A stretch of DNA of 35,795 nt from Octopus sinensis (GCF_006345805.1 NW_021832727.1:1-35795); one strand, 5' to 3'; positions 15,408 through 26,935 are shown, counted from the first letter of the stretch. The notes: generated from the sequence alone by a model not told the origin. Numbers and translations: made by a program.

Positions 15408-15830
15408 TGTATGTATTTATATGTATAGATATGTGTGTGTGTATGTGTGTGTGTGTGCCTTCATGTTTGTCTGTTTCTGTATGTATGTTGCGGAGGATAG
15501 GTGGGAGGAAACAGAGAAGGCAGGGTGTCTCTCGTTGGGAGCGGAGATGGCAAAAACGTTTCAGAACTCAGCAATAACAACACACCCTGCTCCCATTATG
15601 CACACACACACACACCACACACACACACACATGCACACACACACACACACACACATATGCACACATGCGCACACACACACACACACACACCTTAAAAACT
15701 CTAACAAAAAAATACAAAGCATGTGAGATATTCTCTAGAATTCTCTGGAATTCCAGGATGATTCTTGTCGTAAACAATGGTAACACAATCGGGACGTTCC
15801 GTCACACACACACACACACACACACACCTC
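14055..15830. repeat. Microsatellite-rich block: (CA)n, (CT)n, (TA)n
   Basis: Read directly. Confidence 0.95.
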
Positions 15831-16680
15831 ATCAACACACCCTCTTCCCATTCTCCTTCTCCACCTCCTTCTCCTCTGTCTCCGTCAATCGCAATATTGA
15901 TTTCATTCTGTTATGAAGAAGACGTCGAGACAGCAAGAGGGGAAAGAAGAGGAGAAAAAAAGAAACAGGGAAGGGGGCGATAAGAATGTGTGACGTTCAG
16001 GCATTAAAGAGCGTCACTTTAGTGAAATGTGGCGTTTTTCAACCAGAAATCGAAACCGAAATACAACTTCAGCTTGTTTCCCACTAAAATGGAACTGAAA
16101 GTGGTAAGACAGAATAGAATGGTAGTATTATTTCCAATTGTCTACTACCTGAGTTCAAATCACACCGAGACCGTCTTATCCTATCGGGGCCAGTAAATAA
16201 ACAGTTGTCCAAGACGACTCCTCCTTCTTCACGGAAATTGAATATCGCCACCCCAGAAAGAGATGGGTTCCACCAAATTTAAATGCCCAAGGTATTCTGT
16301 ATTTCACTTCGGTGTCGCTAGGATTCCGTCGGGAATTTTATCGTTCAAGAAATGGTCGGGCACTCTGGGAGTATATGTAAGCAAAGCATCAGTACATTGA
16401 AGGAATACGAAGAAATACAAACCAAATATTTTGTTTTTGTATCTGGTTTGCAGGATTCTTTATGTGAATTCGTGTGTTGAAACAAATTTTGTTGCGTCTA
16501 GGGAGAGAATGTCGATATTATTAACAGTTTCAATTCCAATCCTTTATTATTAGCCACTTGGTTAAATATCCAGCTAATTGACTGTTTAATCTGAACCAGT
16601 GCATGTGTTAATATTGGCATAATGACTTTCCCTAGACACAAGAAGAAAACAAATATTGTACATCAAACAATTGTTCAGAC

Positions 16681-16917
16681 CAGTATTTGTCAGTCATTTT
16701 TTTTTACCTATGGACCCCTTTGATTCTTAGTTTACTCAGATGGACCCCCGTAGCCAGTCGAGGCTTTAAAATGTCCCATTACATTTTTATAATTAAAAAT
16801 TATTAGGAATTGTATTGAAAAAGTGTTATAATATTTTGTGTATTGTAAAATTATAACCAATTCCCTCCACATAAATTTTAACAAAATGTTATATGGACCC
16901 CCGGTTGAGAACCACTG
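16681..16917. mobile_element. Non-autonomous hAT (Charlie-like) MITE
   Basis: Right end ggttgagaaccactg, degenerate left end cagtatttgtcagtc, three atggacccc motifs, and partly matching 8-bp flanks gttcagac/atttagag. Confidence 0.65.
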
Positions 16918-16934
16918 ATTTAGAGGAAGTGGTT

Positions 16935-17106
16935 ATAGGCATAGGAGTGGTTGTATGATAAGTAGCTTGCCTACGAACTACATGGTTTCGGGGTTCAGTG
17001 CCACTGCGTGGCACCTTCGGCAAGTGTCTTCTACTATAGCTTCGGGCCAACCAGAGCTTTGTGAGTGGATTTGGTAGACAGAAACTGAAAGAAGCCCGTC
17101 CTATTC

Positions 17107-17151
<45 letters not shown>

Positions 17152-17355
17152 TGTGTCTGTGTTTGTCCCCCCAACATTGCTTGACAACCGATGTTGGTGT
17201 GTTTACGTCTCCGTAACTTAGCGGTTCGGCAAAAGAGACCGATAGAATAAGCACTAGGCTTACAAAGAATAAGTGCTGGGGTCGATGTGTTCGACTAAAG
17301 GCGGTGCTCCAGCATGGCCACAGTCAAATGAATGAAACAAGTAAAAGAGTAAAGA
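16935..17355 (+). mobile_element. Full-length family A SINE (octopus OR-type CORE-SINE-like)
   Basis: tRNA-like head with A-box (gtggttgtatgataag) and B-box (gggttcagtgcc), CORE-like gcgtggcaccttcggcaagtgtctt, central (TG)n and a gtaaaagagtaaagag tail. The family name is recalled, not searched. Confidence 0.88.
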
Positions 17356-17359
17356 GTAT

Positions 17360-17551
17360 ATAGGTGCAAGCATTGCAGTGTGGTAAGAAGCTTACTTCCT
17401 AACCACATGTTTCGGGTTCAGTCCCACTGCATGACACCTTAGACAGGTTTCGTCAACTATAGTCTCAGGCTGACCAAAGCCTTCAGAGTGGATTTGCTAG
17501 GCGGAAACTGATAGAACCGCGTCTTAAATGTGTGTGTGTGTGTGTGTGTGG

Positions 17552-17582
<31 letters not shown>

Positions 17583-17815
17583 TGTGTGTGTGTGTGTGTT
17601 TGTGTGTTTGTGTGTTTGTCACCACTTGACAACCAGTGTTAGTTTGTTTACGTCCCATAATTTAGCGTTTTCGGCAAAAAAAAAAGACCGATAGAACAAG
17701 CACCAAACTTCGAGAAAAAATGAGTAACGGAGTTGATTTGTTCGACTAAACCCTTCAAGATGGGCCCCAGAATGGCTGTAATCTAATACCTGAAACAAGT
17801 AAACAATAAAAGATA
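17360..17815 (+). mobile_element. Full-length family A SINE, more diverged
   Basis: Collinear with 16935-17355. Confidence 0.85.
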
Positions 17816-18109
17816 ACGATAGCAGTGTTGGTGAAACGTCTCGCTGCAAACCTCGACACCTAATTCTGGACAAATTATAACAACTTCAGGTTATCTCCAC
17901 AGATTTTCTATAGATATCATTACCAGCGCTAATTTGTTACGACGTGTCGTATCCGTATGCGCCTAATGCAAACAACAATGAGATCGAAGACGAAAAATGC
18001 GTAATGGGTGTATATAATGGTTACGTAGCGAAATACGGTGTCCCTACAAATCATTAAAATTATAACAAAACCACAATGGGCAAAAAAAAAATTAAATAAA
18101 GTGACGAAT

Positions 18110-18475
18110 TATGTTTCAGTAATTTGGCTGCGGCCATGCTGGGGCACCGCCTTGAAGGGTTTTAGTCGAACAAATCGATCCCACAACTAATTTTATTTTA
18201 AAACATGGTACTTATTCTATCGAGCTCTTTTACAGAACCGTTAATTTACAGGGACGTAAACACACCAACATCGGTTGCCAAGCGGTGAAGGGTACAAAGA
18301 CAGACACAAACACACACATACACGCAACCACACGGGCGCGCGCGCGCACACACAGACATGCAACGGGCTTCTTTCAGTTTCCATTCACAAGGCTTACCCA
18401 AGGTGCCACGCAGTGGGACTGAACCCGGAACCAAGTGGTTGGGAAGCAAACTTATTACCACATAGCCACGCCTAT
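18110..18475 (-). mobile_element. Family A SINE with internal deletion
   Basis: Reverse complement of family A from tail to head (…ccacatagccacgcctat). Confidence 0.85.
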
Positions 18476-18489
18476 ACAAATATATATTC

Positions 18490-18829
18490 TTTTATATTTT
18501 GTTTTTGTTTCAGTCATTTGACTGCGGATATGTTGGAGCAACGCCTTTAGTCGAACAAATCGCTCCTAGGACTTATTGTCTGTAAGCCTAGTACTCATTC
18601 TACCGGTCTCTTTTGCCGAGCCGCTATGCTACGGGGTCGTGAACACACCAACATCGCTTGACAACCGATGCTGGTGTGTTCACGTCCCCGTAACATAGCT
18701 ATAATAGAAGACACGTCCCCGTAAGACAGGCTATAGTAGAAGACACTTGCCCAAGGTGCCACGCAGTGAGACTAAATCCGGAACCATGTGGTTGGTAAGC
18801 AAGTTACTTACCACAGAGCCACTCCTGTG

Positions 18830-18835
<6 letters not shown>
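18490..18835 (-). mobile_element. Family A SINE with rearranged (fold-back) centre
   Basis: Tail and head intact; the centre is replaced by an inverted copy at 18657-18699. Confidence 0.85.
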
Positions 18836-18899
<64 letters not shown>

Positions 18900-19024
18900 T
18901 TTATAGGCTAAAATCTTTATAAGAATTTATCAAGTAGTTAGCGTGAAAAACCCAAAAGGAAAAAATTTATTAATTATTCCCTATAAATATATTTATTTAT
19001 ATTAAGGGCATTACTATACATAAA

Positions 19025-19504
19025 TGCCTCATGCTACCATAATAACCACATTGTACCGAACGCGAGGGAATGCAACTCTCGAAGCGAGCGTCCTAAAAAC
19101 AGGCTCATCTGCATATCATATGATTTCGTAATTAGTGCAAAAATTGTAAATTTAACCGGAATATATTCAGTCCTGAATTTTATTCTGAATAAACACGCGT
19201 ACCGAAATACAATTCGAAAAGCCCGCCTCTTACATAGATATATAAGTGAAAACAATTTCTATGTACTATGCTGGATACATGTGGTGTTCGTCTGGCATGC
19301 TGATTTTTGTTTATTTTTATGTGTCTTGACTATGCTTGCACTGACGAGTAAAAAGTACATTTTGTGCACTAATTACGAAATCATATGATATGCAGCTGCG
19401 CCCGTTTTTAGGAGGCTCGCTTCGAGAGTTGCATTCCCTTGCATTCGGTACAATGTGGTTATTATGGTAGTTTTGACTTTAAAAGTCCCTCCTAGCGTGA
19501 GGCA
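19025..19504. repeat. Long inverted repeat (~115-bp arms) in TA-rich flanks, probable Penelope-like inverted terminal structure
   Basis: 19034-19140 pairs with ~19365-19470. Outer tgcctcatgcta (19025) pairs with tagcgtgaggca (19493-19504), and the left arm lacks ~25 bp. Confidence 0.85.
19334..19396 (+). ncRNA. Type I hammerhead ribozyme motif
   Basis: Stem I ttgca (19336-40), CTGACGA (19341-47), stem II gtaa...ttac with inner gtaca-ttt-tgtgc hairpin, GAAA (19377-80), palindromic stem III tcatatga, then UA and tgcag. Cleavage triplet AUA, cut predicted after 19390. Confidence 0.8.
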
Positions 19505-19553
19505 ATATATATATATATATATAATCAAAATAAGCAACAAGAATGACTCCGGT

Positions 19554-19645
19554 AATTTGGTACGATCGTTTCGCACTACATCATTTTATTAAATGTTGTA
19601 CGTATTACAACAGAGTAAAAAATGCTGAGCACTCATCAGCCAATT
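19554..19645 (-). ncRNA. Type I hammerhead ribozyme motif with long stem II
   Basis: Minus strand reads aattgg-CTGATGA-gtgctcagcatttt...aaaatgatgtagtgc-GAAA-cgatcg-TA-ccaaatt. Triplet GUA, cut predicted between 19561 and 19560. Confidence 0.75.
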
Positions 19646-19962
19646 ATAGAGGTCTTCCATTAATACAAAAATTTTCATTTCAAGTGGCAACTTTATAGAG
19701 AAGGTAGATACATAGACAAAGATGTGGATTTAAATTTTAAGAACATTTGAGGTAGTGGAGCCCATCAACTGACTGACTAAGATTCAGTTGTCCCAGACTA
19801 CTGTAAGGTTCTAAGAGGGAAGAACAAATGAAAAGAGACAATAAAGATTTTCTAATTATAGAAATGGGGTAAGGGTGAGTAAAGGGGATGTCATAGCTCC
19901 ATATTAAGGAATTTATATATATATATTATATATATATATATATATTAATATATATATATATA

Positions 19963-20480
19963 TCAGGTATCCCATAAATTCTGTCTGAATTTTGAATAAA
20001 GATCAAATGTTATATTTATTGAAATTAATCATCAATGTACTTTTCCTGATTATCTATGACTTCCTTCTATTTACAAGCTTTTTAATCCCATCAATGTAAA
20101 ACTCTTTTGGTTTCAAAGCGAAGAACTCTGAAATGTCATTTTCGACCTCCTCCTGGCTTGCGAAAGCTATGTCCCCCAAATGATTCTGTAAACTACGAAA
20201 CAGATGGTAGTCTGAAGGAGAAAGGTCAGGAGAATAAGGTGGATAAGGTATTTTTTCCCAACCAAGCTCTTCGATCTTCTGTGTTGTGACCTTTGCACTG
20301 TGGAGTCGCGCATTGTCCTGATGAAACATCACTCCTTTTTGATTCACTAAAGCATGTATTTTTTTCTTCAAAGCTTGGTTCAAACGCTCTAATTGCTGAC
20401 AGAAGACTTGAGCATTGATTGTTGCATTAGGTGGTAACAATTCAAAGTGAATTACTGCTTTGCAATCCCAAAATTTAGAG
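19963..20480 (-). mobile_element. Mariner (D34D) transposon 3' half
   Basis: ORF 20054-20590 contains WDCKAVIHFELL...HQDNARLH...YSPDLSPSDYHLF with D34D spacing. TIR-like tcaggtatcccataaatt abuts (TA)n. Confidence 0.92.
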
Positions 20481-20865
20481 AGAAGAACCCGGAACCATGT
20501 AGTTTGGAAAAAATCTGCTTCTATGGCGATTTTTCTTCCGAAAGCATTTAGAATGTACACAGGGAAATATGAAAATGAATGACACAACATGGATATATGG
20601 ATATGTGTCCGTTAATTCAAGAAGAAACACATTGTAATGACAGTGCAGTTCATCGTGAATTAGACAGGTGGGCGGAAGTGACATACAATTCAATCTGAGT
20701 TTAAAAGGGAAATGAGAACAGGGAAATGGAGGAGGGGAGGGCTGGCAGTGGATCAGGGTCGTAATGAATGAGTTTAAGGTTTTCATCAAAACTGGTGCTC
20801 AAAATGAAGATAAAAGATATGACCGTGATTTGACATTCATCCAAAAAGGCTGAGTAGACCATTGG

Positions 20866-20949
<84 letters not shown>

Positions 20950-21063
20950 CTTACCATATGACCGGTCATAGATTTGCGGAATTTGTATTTGTATATATAT
21001 ATGTAGGTCTCTATATATGTATGTATGTGCATATATGTGTAGGAATGTGTGGGTGTGGGTGTG

Positions 21064-21100
<37 letters not shown>

Positions 21101-21206
21101 ATTTATATATACATATAATATATATATGTATTTGTGTGTACGGGCATAAATAGCTATATACATACATACATACAAACAGGCGTACATAACTTTCATACAT
21201 ATATAT

Positions 21207-21255
<49 letters not shown>

Positions 21256-21754
21256 ATAATTATTCTAAACATAAAAAGACGTACTGTATGCCATTATTAT
21301 TGATCATAAGTAAAATTCAACTCCATCAATTTATAGCAGCGTCTTCTAAATAATTAAACAAATATATAATAGATTCAACAAATAAAATTCCTGGAATAAA
21401 TTCCGAATTTTTTAAACTAAATATGCAGTAATTACACCGTCTTAGATCTTATAACCAAACTAGATGGTGTATTTTCAAAAACAATTTTTTAACGTGCCAT
21501 CCGTTAAATTGCCACGTAAAAAATAAATTATCCATTAAAAATATTGTATGTATACTTTTATTTATTTGTAACTTCTGATTCCTGTAACCAGTTCCAATAT
21601 GTATTATGTTCCAAAAACATTAACTTTAATCTAATAGTTTAATCTAATTTTCTTATTTGCGTCTATTCATTTTCGTTTATATAATCTAATATACATCCTT
21701 ATTTACACTGGACAGTTAAGCCTGTGGTTTATTTCGTAACTTGGTTATACACAT

Positions 21755-21926
<172 letters not shown>

Positions 21927-22971
21927 GAATACCCCTTTTTGATGAACGACCCACGAAAAAAAATACTCAAACCCACAATATAATGAAAAGTAAAACGGAA
22001 CGAATGTCTTTAAAAAATTACTTATTTGCGCCAAATTACTCACCAAAAATAAAAGTCCAATAGTTTCAAAAGTCTAACCACCCTGATTGCAGAATCTTCG
22101 TCAATGTCATTCAAAGCTCGACATACGAATTTAAGACAGGGCAAACGTTTACCTTAAAAGTCATTTTATTTGTGTATCAAGAAATTTAATTTCTGTTAAC
22201 AAATGCAATGGGTTTAATGAGACAACATAAGACAAACGCGATTAACTCTGAAACACCGAATAATTGTTCGTGGTCAACAGATACGAACTCCAGTACAAGA
22301 AAAATACCCATTAATAAACATGTGGATATTTTCCTCAATAAACAAATCCCAAACACTAAACTTTCTTTTTATATCAAAGTATTGGAACGCTTCACCCAGC
22401 TCTGATAAAACAAAGAAATGTTGTTTATTAAGAAATACTTTATAACAAAGGTGGCCAAACCGCGGTCCTTTGGCCTTTAATATGCGGCTCGTAGAAATAT
22501 GTTGGCTGAGCTCCTTTTTACATCACAGTTAATATAAAAACTAAGAAAACTTCCAAGCTTTATAATTATTTACTGGGTATGAATTGAGACCCCCATTGGA
22601 TTAAAATGTAAGTTTAATGTTCATGGTTAGTAAAAGTATTTAAGAATTTTATATCTTAATTTTAATGCTACATCTGAGTGAGGCATTGTTCTTTTGTACT
22701 GAGGGAAGGAATGGTGGAAGACAGGGAGATTAAAGAAATTTCCGGTCAGCAAATGGTTACAGAGGAATGTCAGAAAACTGAGATCGTGGGCAAGGGGATT
22801 AACGGTTTCGGTACACCGGGGAGGGAGAGTGTCACAGGTGGCTTAATGAGTCTAGGCCTGACTGCACTCACATCATGTACATTAATGCAGTGTAACACAA
22901 GACGTTGAACTGTGCAGACCTTCGGATACCAGTTTTGTTTAAAAGTGTCTGTGAAAATTTTGTGAAAGAAA

Positions 22972-24860
22972 ATAGCCTCCTCAAAATCTAAGAAACGAAA
23001 ATATGAAGATGAAAACAGAAATTTTAAGCCAGAGTGGGAGGAAGATTTTGCATTCGCCGTTGGAGGAGGGAAAGCTTTGTGCCTTATCTGCCATGTGTCA
23101 CTCAGTCTTTACAAAACCAATAACTTGAAACGCCACTATGAAACAAATCACAAAAGCTTTTCGTAAGATTATCCACCTAAATCAGAATTAAGGAAAAACT
23201 AGTTAACTATTAAAATCATCGCTAAATAGCCAGGAGTCACTGTTGACAACGTTCAGTAAGGAAGTTGATACAACAACTGAAGCCAGTTTTGTTATGTCAT
23301 GGAATATTGCTCGTGCAAAACGCCCTTATTCTGATGGCGAATTTGTTAAGATTATAGCTGAAGTTGATGCAGTGTGAAAGTTAGAATGATTTAAGAAATT
23401 CATTTGCATTCAGCTTAGCTCTTGACGAATCAAGAAACAAACAAGGCAACCCACAACTGGCAGTATTTATTCGTTATGTTTCCGCTGATGTAACATATGA
23501 CACATATGAATAATTAAAATAACACTATGACACAATATAAATCTTCATCTTAAAGCAAATAGAACATACATACATATATTCATACATACATACATACATA
23601 CATACATACATAAATGCATACATACATACGTACATACATACAAAGCAGAACAGATGCTGTACTTAGTGGCATTAAAAGAAGCAACACGTGGTGTTGACAT
23701 TAAAAATGCGCTTGATAGAACCTTAACAAATGCTGATGTTCCACTGAATAAACTCGTCAGTGTTACAACAGATGGAACACCTGGAATGGTGGGGGAAATA
23801 TAATGGATTAATTGCATTTATGAAAAATTATCTCAGCTTTCCAGAGTTTCTCCTTGTTCGTTGCATTATTCATTGTGAACACCTGGCAGCCAGATACTTC
23901 AAGTACGAAGGTGTTATGAAATCTGTTCTTGAAATTGTCAATTTCATTTTCTTAAAAGAGAAGACTCACCGACAGTTCAGAAATTTTATTGAAGAACTGG
24001 AGCTTGAAAATAAACTCAGTGATGTCTCTTTCTATGGCATTGTGAGGTGGCTGTCAGACAACAATGTCTTGAGTAGGTTTGTTAATCTGTTGGAGCCTAT
24101 TATTACTTTTCTTAAAGAAAAGAAAAGATCCCATCCTCAACTGGAGAATGATGAATGGATGCAAGATCTGATGTTCTTTACTGATATAATGAATCATCTA
24201 CAAACTCTCAACTTGGCACTCCAGGGGAAGAATAGAATTGTTTCTGATCTTACTCAAACGATTTTCAGCTTTCAGAATAAAATAGAGTTTTTCAAAGAGA
24301 GATATTGTCAAGAAACTTCAGTCACTTTCCCAATATCAGTAGGAGAATAAATACATTCTCTGGTATTGAATTATTTAAAAGACCACAATCAGGAAGAATA
24401 CAAAGATAAATTACAAGGACTGCTTGATAATTTCCTAACCATGTTTGATGTCTTGCGGAAGATGAAGTCCTGTTTCGCTTTTCTTGTAAATCCATTTATG
24501 GTTGATGTAGTCAATGATGGATGTCCAATTCTCGAACCTCTGGTTACGAAATCATCTGCTGTGGAAAGGTAACTGATGGAATTACAGGAGGATCTGGGTC
24601 TAAAGATGATCCATAAATCCTAGTCTACAATTGAGTTCTGGAAACAAATTCCCGAAATATAATATCCTAAACTCAAGAAAACTAGTGAGCGACTCATCTC
24701 AATTTCCAGCACAACATTCTGCTGTGAATCACTGTACTTTCTAATGAAGTTTGTAAAGTCGAAGCATCGTGCAATCCTTACAAACCAACACCTGTCGGAG
24801 CTGATTCGAAAAGCCTTAACAACATATCAGCCAGATTTTCAACAACCCAAGCCAAGATGG
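22972..24860 (+). pseudogene. hAT transposase pseudogene
   Basis: KKRKYEDENRNFKPEWEEDF, BED finger CLIC...KRHYETNH, LDES, TDGTPGM, RCIIH, VRWLS and CESL motifs, with many stops and frameshifts and an insertion at ~23495-23641. Confidence 0.9.
23498..23641 (+). mobile_element. 67-bp element with (CATA)n tail, copy 2, inserted in the hAT ORF
   Basis: Interrupts the frame between ...RYVSADVT and ...EQMLYLVALKE; matches 21860-21926. Confidence 0.8.
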
Positions 24861-25325
24861 AGACTCACAAGACCTCTGCTTGCAGTAAATAGTGACGTTG
24901 ATAGTCCGATATTTGTAGCATTGTCTGTTTGTCATTAAAATATTATAAAACAAATTTTGTAAAGCTGTATCTGATAAAAATATCTCAAATTTTATTGGTT
25001 TGCTTTTTTTTTTATCTATATTGTTTTGACCAGATATTTACTAAGACAAATAAATACCATTAAAAATATATTTTTGTCCTTTTTGGTGTTATTTTTAGCA
25101 GTCTAATTTTATGTTACTGAAATGCAAATTCGCACATTTTTCTTAGAAGTTCTCGTAGTTCATTACCGTATTAAATATGCTCAATATAGTTAAGACAATC
25201 TTCAGTCAAGATTGTGCAAACATTTGGTATATATATATAAATGTGTATTTGGTGATTACTGAAACCAATACAAATTAACAGTTTGAAAAACGGCACACAT
25301 GAATAAATATTATTGTATACACGTA

Positions 25326-25545
25326 GAGGCGCAATGGCCTAGTGGTTAGGGCAGCGGACTCGCGGTCGCAGGATCGAGGTTTCGATTCTCAGACTGGGCG
25401 TTGTGTGTGTTTATTGAGCGAAAACACCTAAAAGCTCTACGAGGCTCTGGCAGGGGATGGTGATCCCTGCTGTACTCTTTCACCACAATGGCGGTGCCCC
25501 AGCATGGCCACAGCTCAAGAGCTGAAACTGGAAAACAAAAAAAAA
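25326..25545 (+). mobile_element. tRNA-derived SINE (family C) nested in the hAT
   Basis: A-box tggcctagtggttagg, tRNA-Arg-like gcggactcgcggtcgc, B-box gtttcgattctc, tail ggcggtgccccagcatggccacag shared with family A, and an A-rich end. Confidence 0.8.
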
Positions 25546-25569
25546 ACATGCCTTTCATAATATTTATTA

Positions 25570-25970
25570 GCACGCCGGGCGAAATAGCAGAAACGTTAGC
25601 ACGCCGGGCGAAATGCTTAGCGGTATTTCGCCTGTCGTTACGTTCTGAGTTCAAATTCCGCCGAGGTCGATTTTGCCTTTCATCCTTTCGGGGTCGATTA
25701 AATAAGTACCAGTTACGCACTGGGGTCGATATAATCGACTTAATCCGTTTGTCTGTCCTTGTTTGTCTTTTCTGTGTTTAGCCCCTTGTGGGTAGTAAAG
25801 AAATCGGTATTTCGCCTGTCTTTACATTCTGAACTCAAATTCCGTCGAGGTCGACTTTGCCTTTCATCCTTTCGGGGTCGATAAATTAAGTACCAGTTGC
25901 GTACTGGGGTCGATCTAATCGACCGGCCTCCTCCTCAAAAATTTCGGACCTTGTGCCTAGAGTAGAAAAT
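25570..25970 (+). mobile_element. Family B SINE, dimeric form, nested in the hAT
   Basis: Head cgttagcacgccgggcgaaatgcttagcgg followed by two core units; matches 251-712. Confidence 0.88.
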
Positions 25971-26727
25971 AATTTTTTTATATAGAATTTTTGTAACAAA
26001 AATGTAACAGAAATATAAGTGTAAATTTTGTTCATGTCCTACGGATCACAAACATCTGATCGAATGTGGTTCTTACATTGAGCAAGTTTGCCCACCCCTG
26101 CTTTATAAGAACTCGATAGAATGAGAAAACATAATATATTCGACTCAACTAAACAAGTGGAGGAAACAAAATTTTTTAATTAAATCAAAAATAAAAGTAA
26201 CACGCTTCTTCCGGAATACAAAACTTATAAGTTCAATAAGGAATTACGTTTTTTCGACACTATATGCTAACGTTACAATGAGATTGGCGAATTGGATCAT
26301 AAGAAGAAATAAGTGATATTATTGAGCATTCAGCCAACCGGGAGTCAGAAAACAAGTGACGTCTTACGGGAAGCGGTCAACTAGAACGCTAACCTACTAT
26401 CAAACAAAAACACATGATTGGGGCATTAAATAAGCAAATGACGTCCATAGACAGGCAACGAACAGAACATTTGATGCATGTCAGCAATAACAAGTAACCA
26501 GAAATGACATCCCCAGACAGTGAGCCAATCAGATTGGCTAGGAGGCCGCAGGCGCACAAAAACAAGTGACGTCTTTGTGCGAGTTAAACCTGTGGCCTTA
26601 GGACTTCGGACTTAAACTTTTGTTTTAAAATCAACATATATAAAGCAATATCAACTTGATAAATAGTTCAAGTTTCACATTCGAACGAGTAAACATTACG
26701 ACGGACAATTCCGTCTCACACAGCACG

Positions 26728-26935
26728 AAAAAGCTTATAGAAACTTTTTTTTTCAGTTGTTTTAAAATCCTCTGCCATAAAACTTACTGCACTTTCAAAT
26801 TTCTATCATGTATTATTGCTAGGAAATTTATCGAACGTTTGAACTTTCATATTTTCTTATTGCTGTGAAACTTATTGAACACTTGAATTTTCATCGTATA
26901 ATGTTCCAACAAAACTTATTGAACGTTTGATTTTT
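26728..26935. repeat. Degenerate ~40-50-bp minisatellite
   Basis: About five variants of aaacttattgaacgtttgaa(t/c)tttcat. Confidence 0.6.

Larger units (their letters stand above)
22446..26100 (+). mobile_element. hAT transposon (Charlie/SPIN, GTF2IRD2/EPM2AIP1-like), both ends retained but decayed
   Basis: TIRs caaaggtggccaaac and gtttgcccacccctg (12/15 match). Exact 8-bp TSD ctttataa at 22438-22445 and 26101-26108. Internal transposase relic. Confidence 0.93.

Noticed and set aside
20957-20970. 14-bp perfect palindrome tatgaccggtcata
   Set aside because: A single short palindrome can arise by chance in 36 kb and has no supporting context.
25326-25400. tRNA-Arg-like gene
   Set aside because: The acceptor stem is not convincing and the sequence continues into a SINE body and tail.
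26728-26935. CRISPR-like spaced repeats
   Set aside because: Repeats are degenerate, spacing is irregular, the context is eukaryotic and there are no cas genes.
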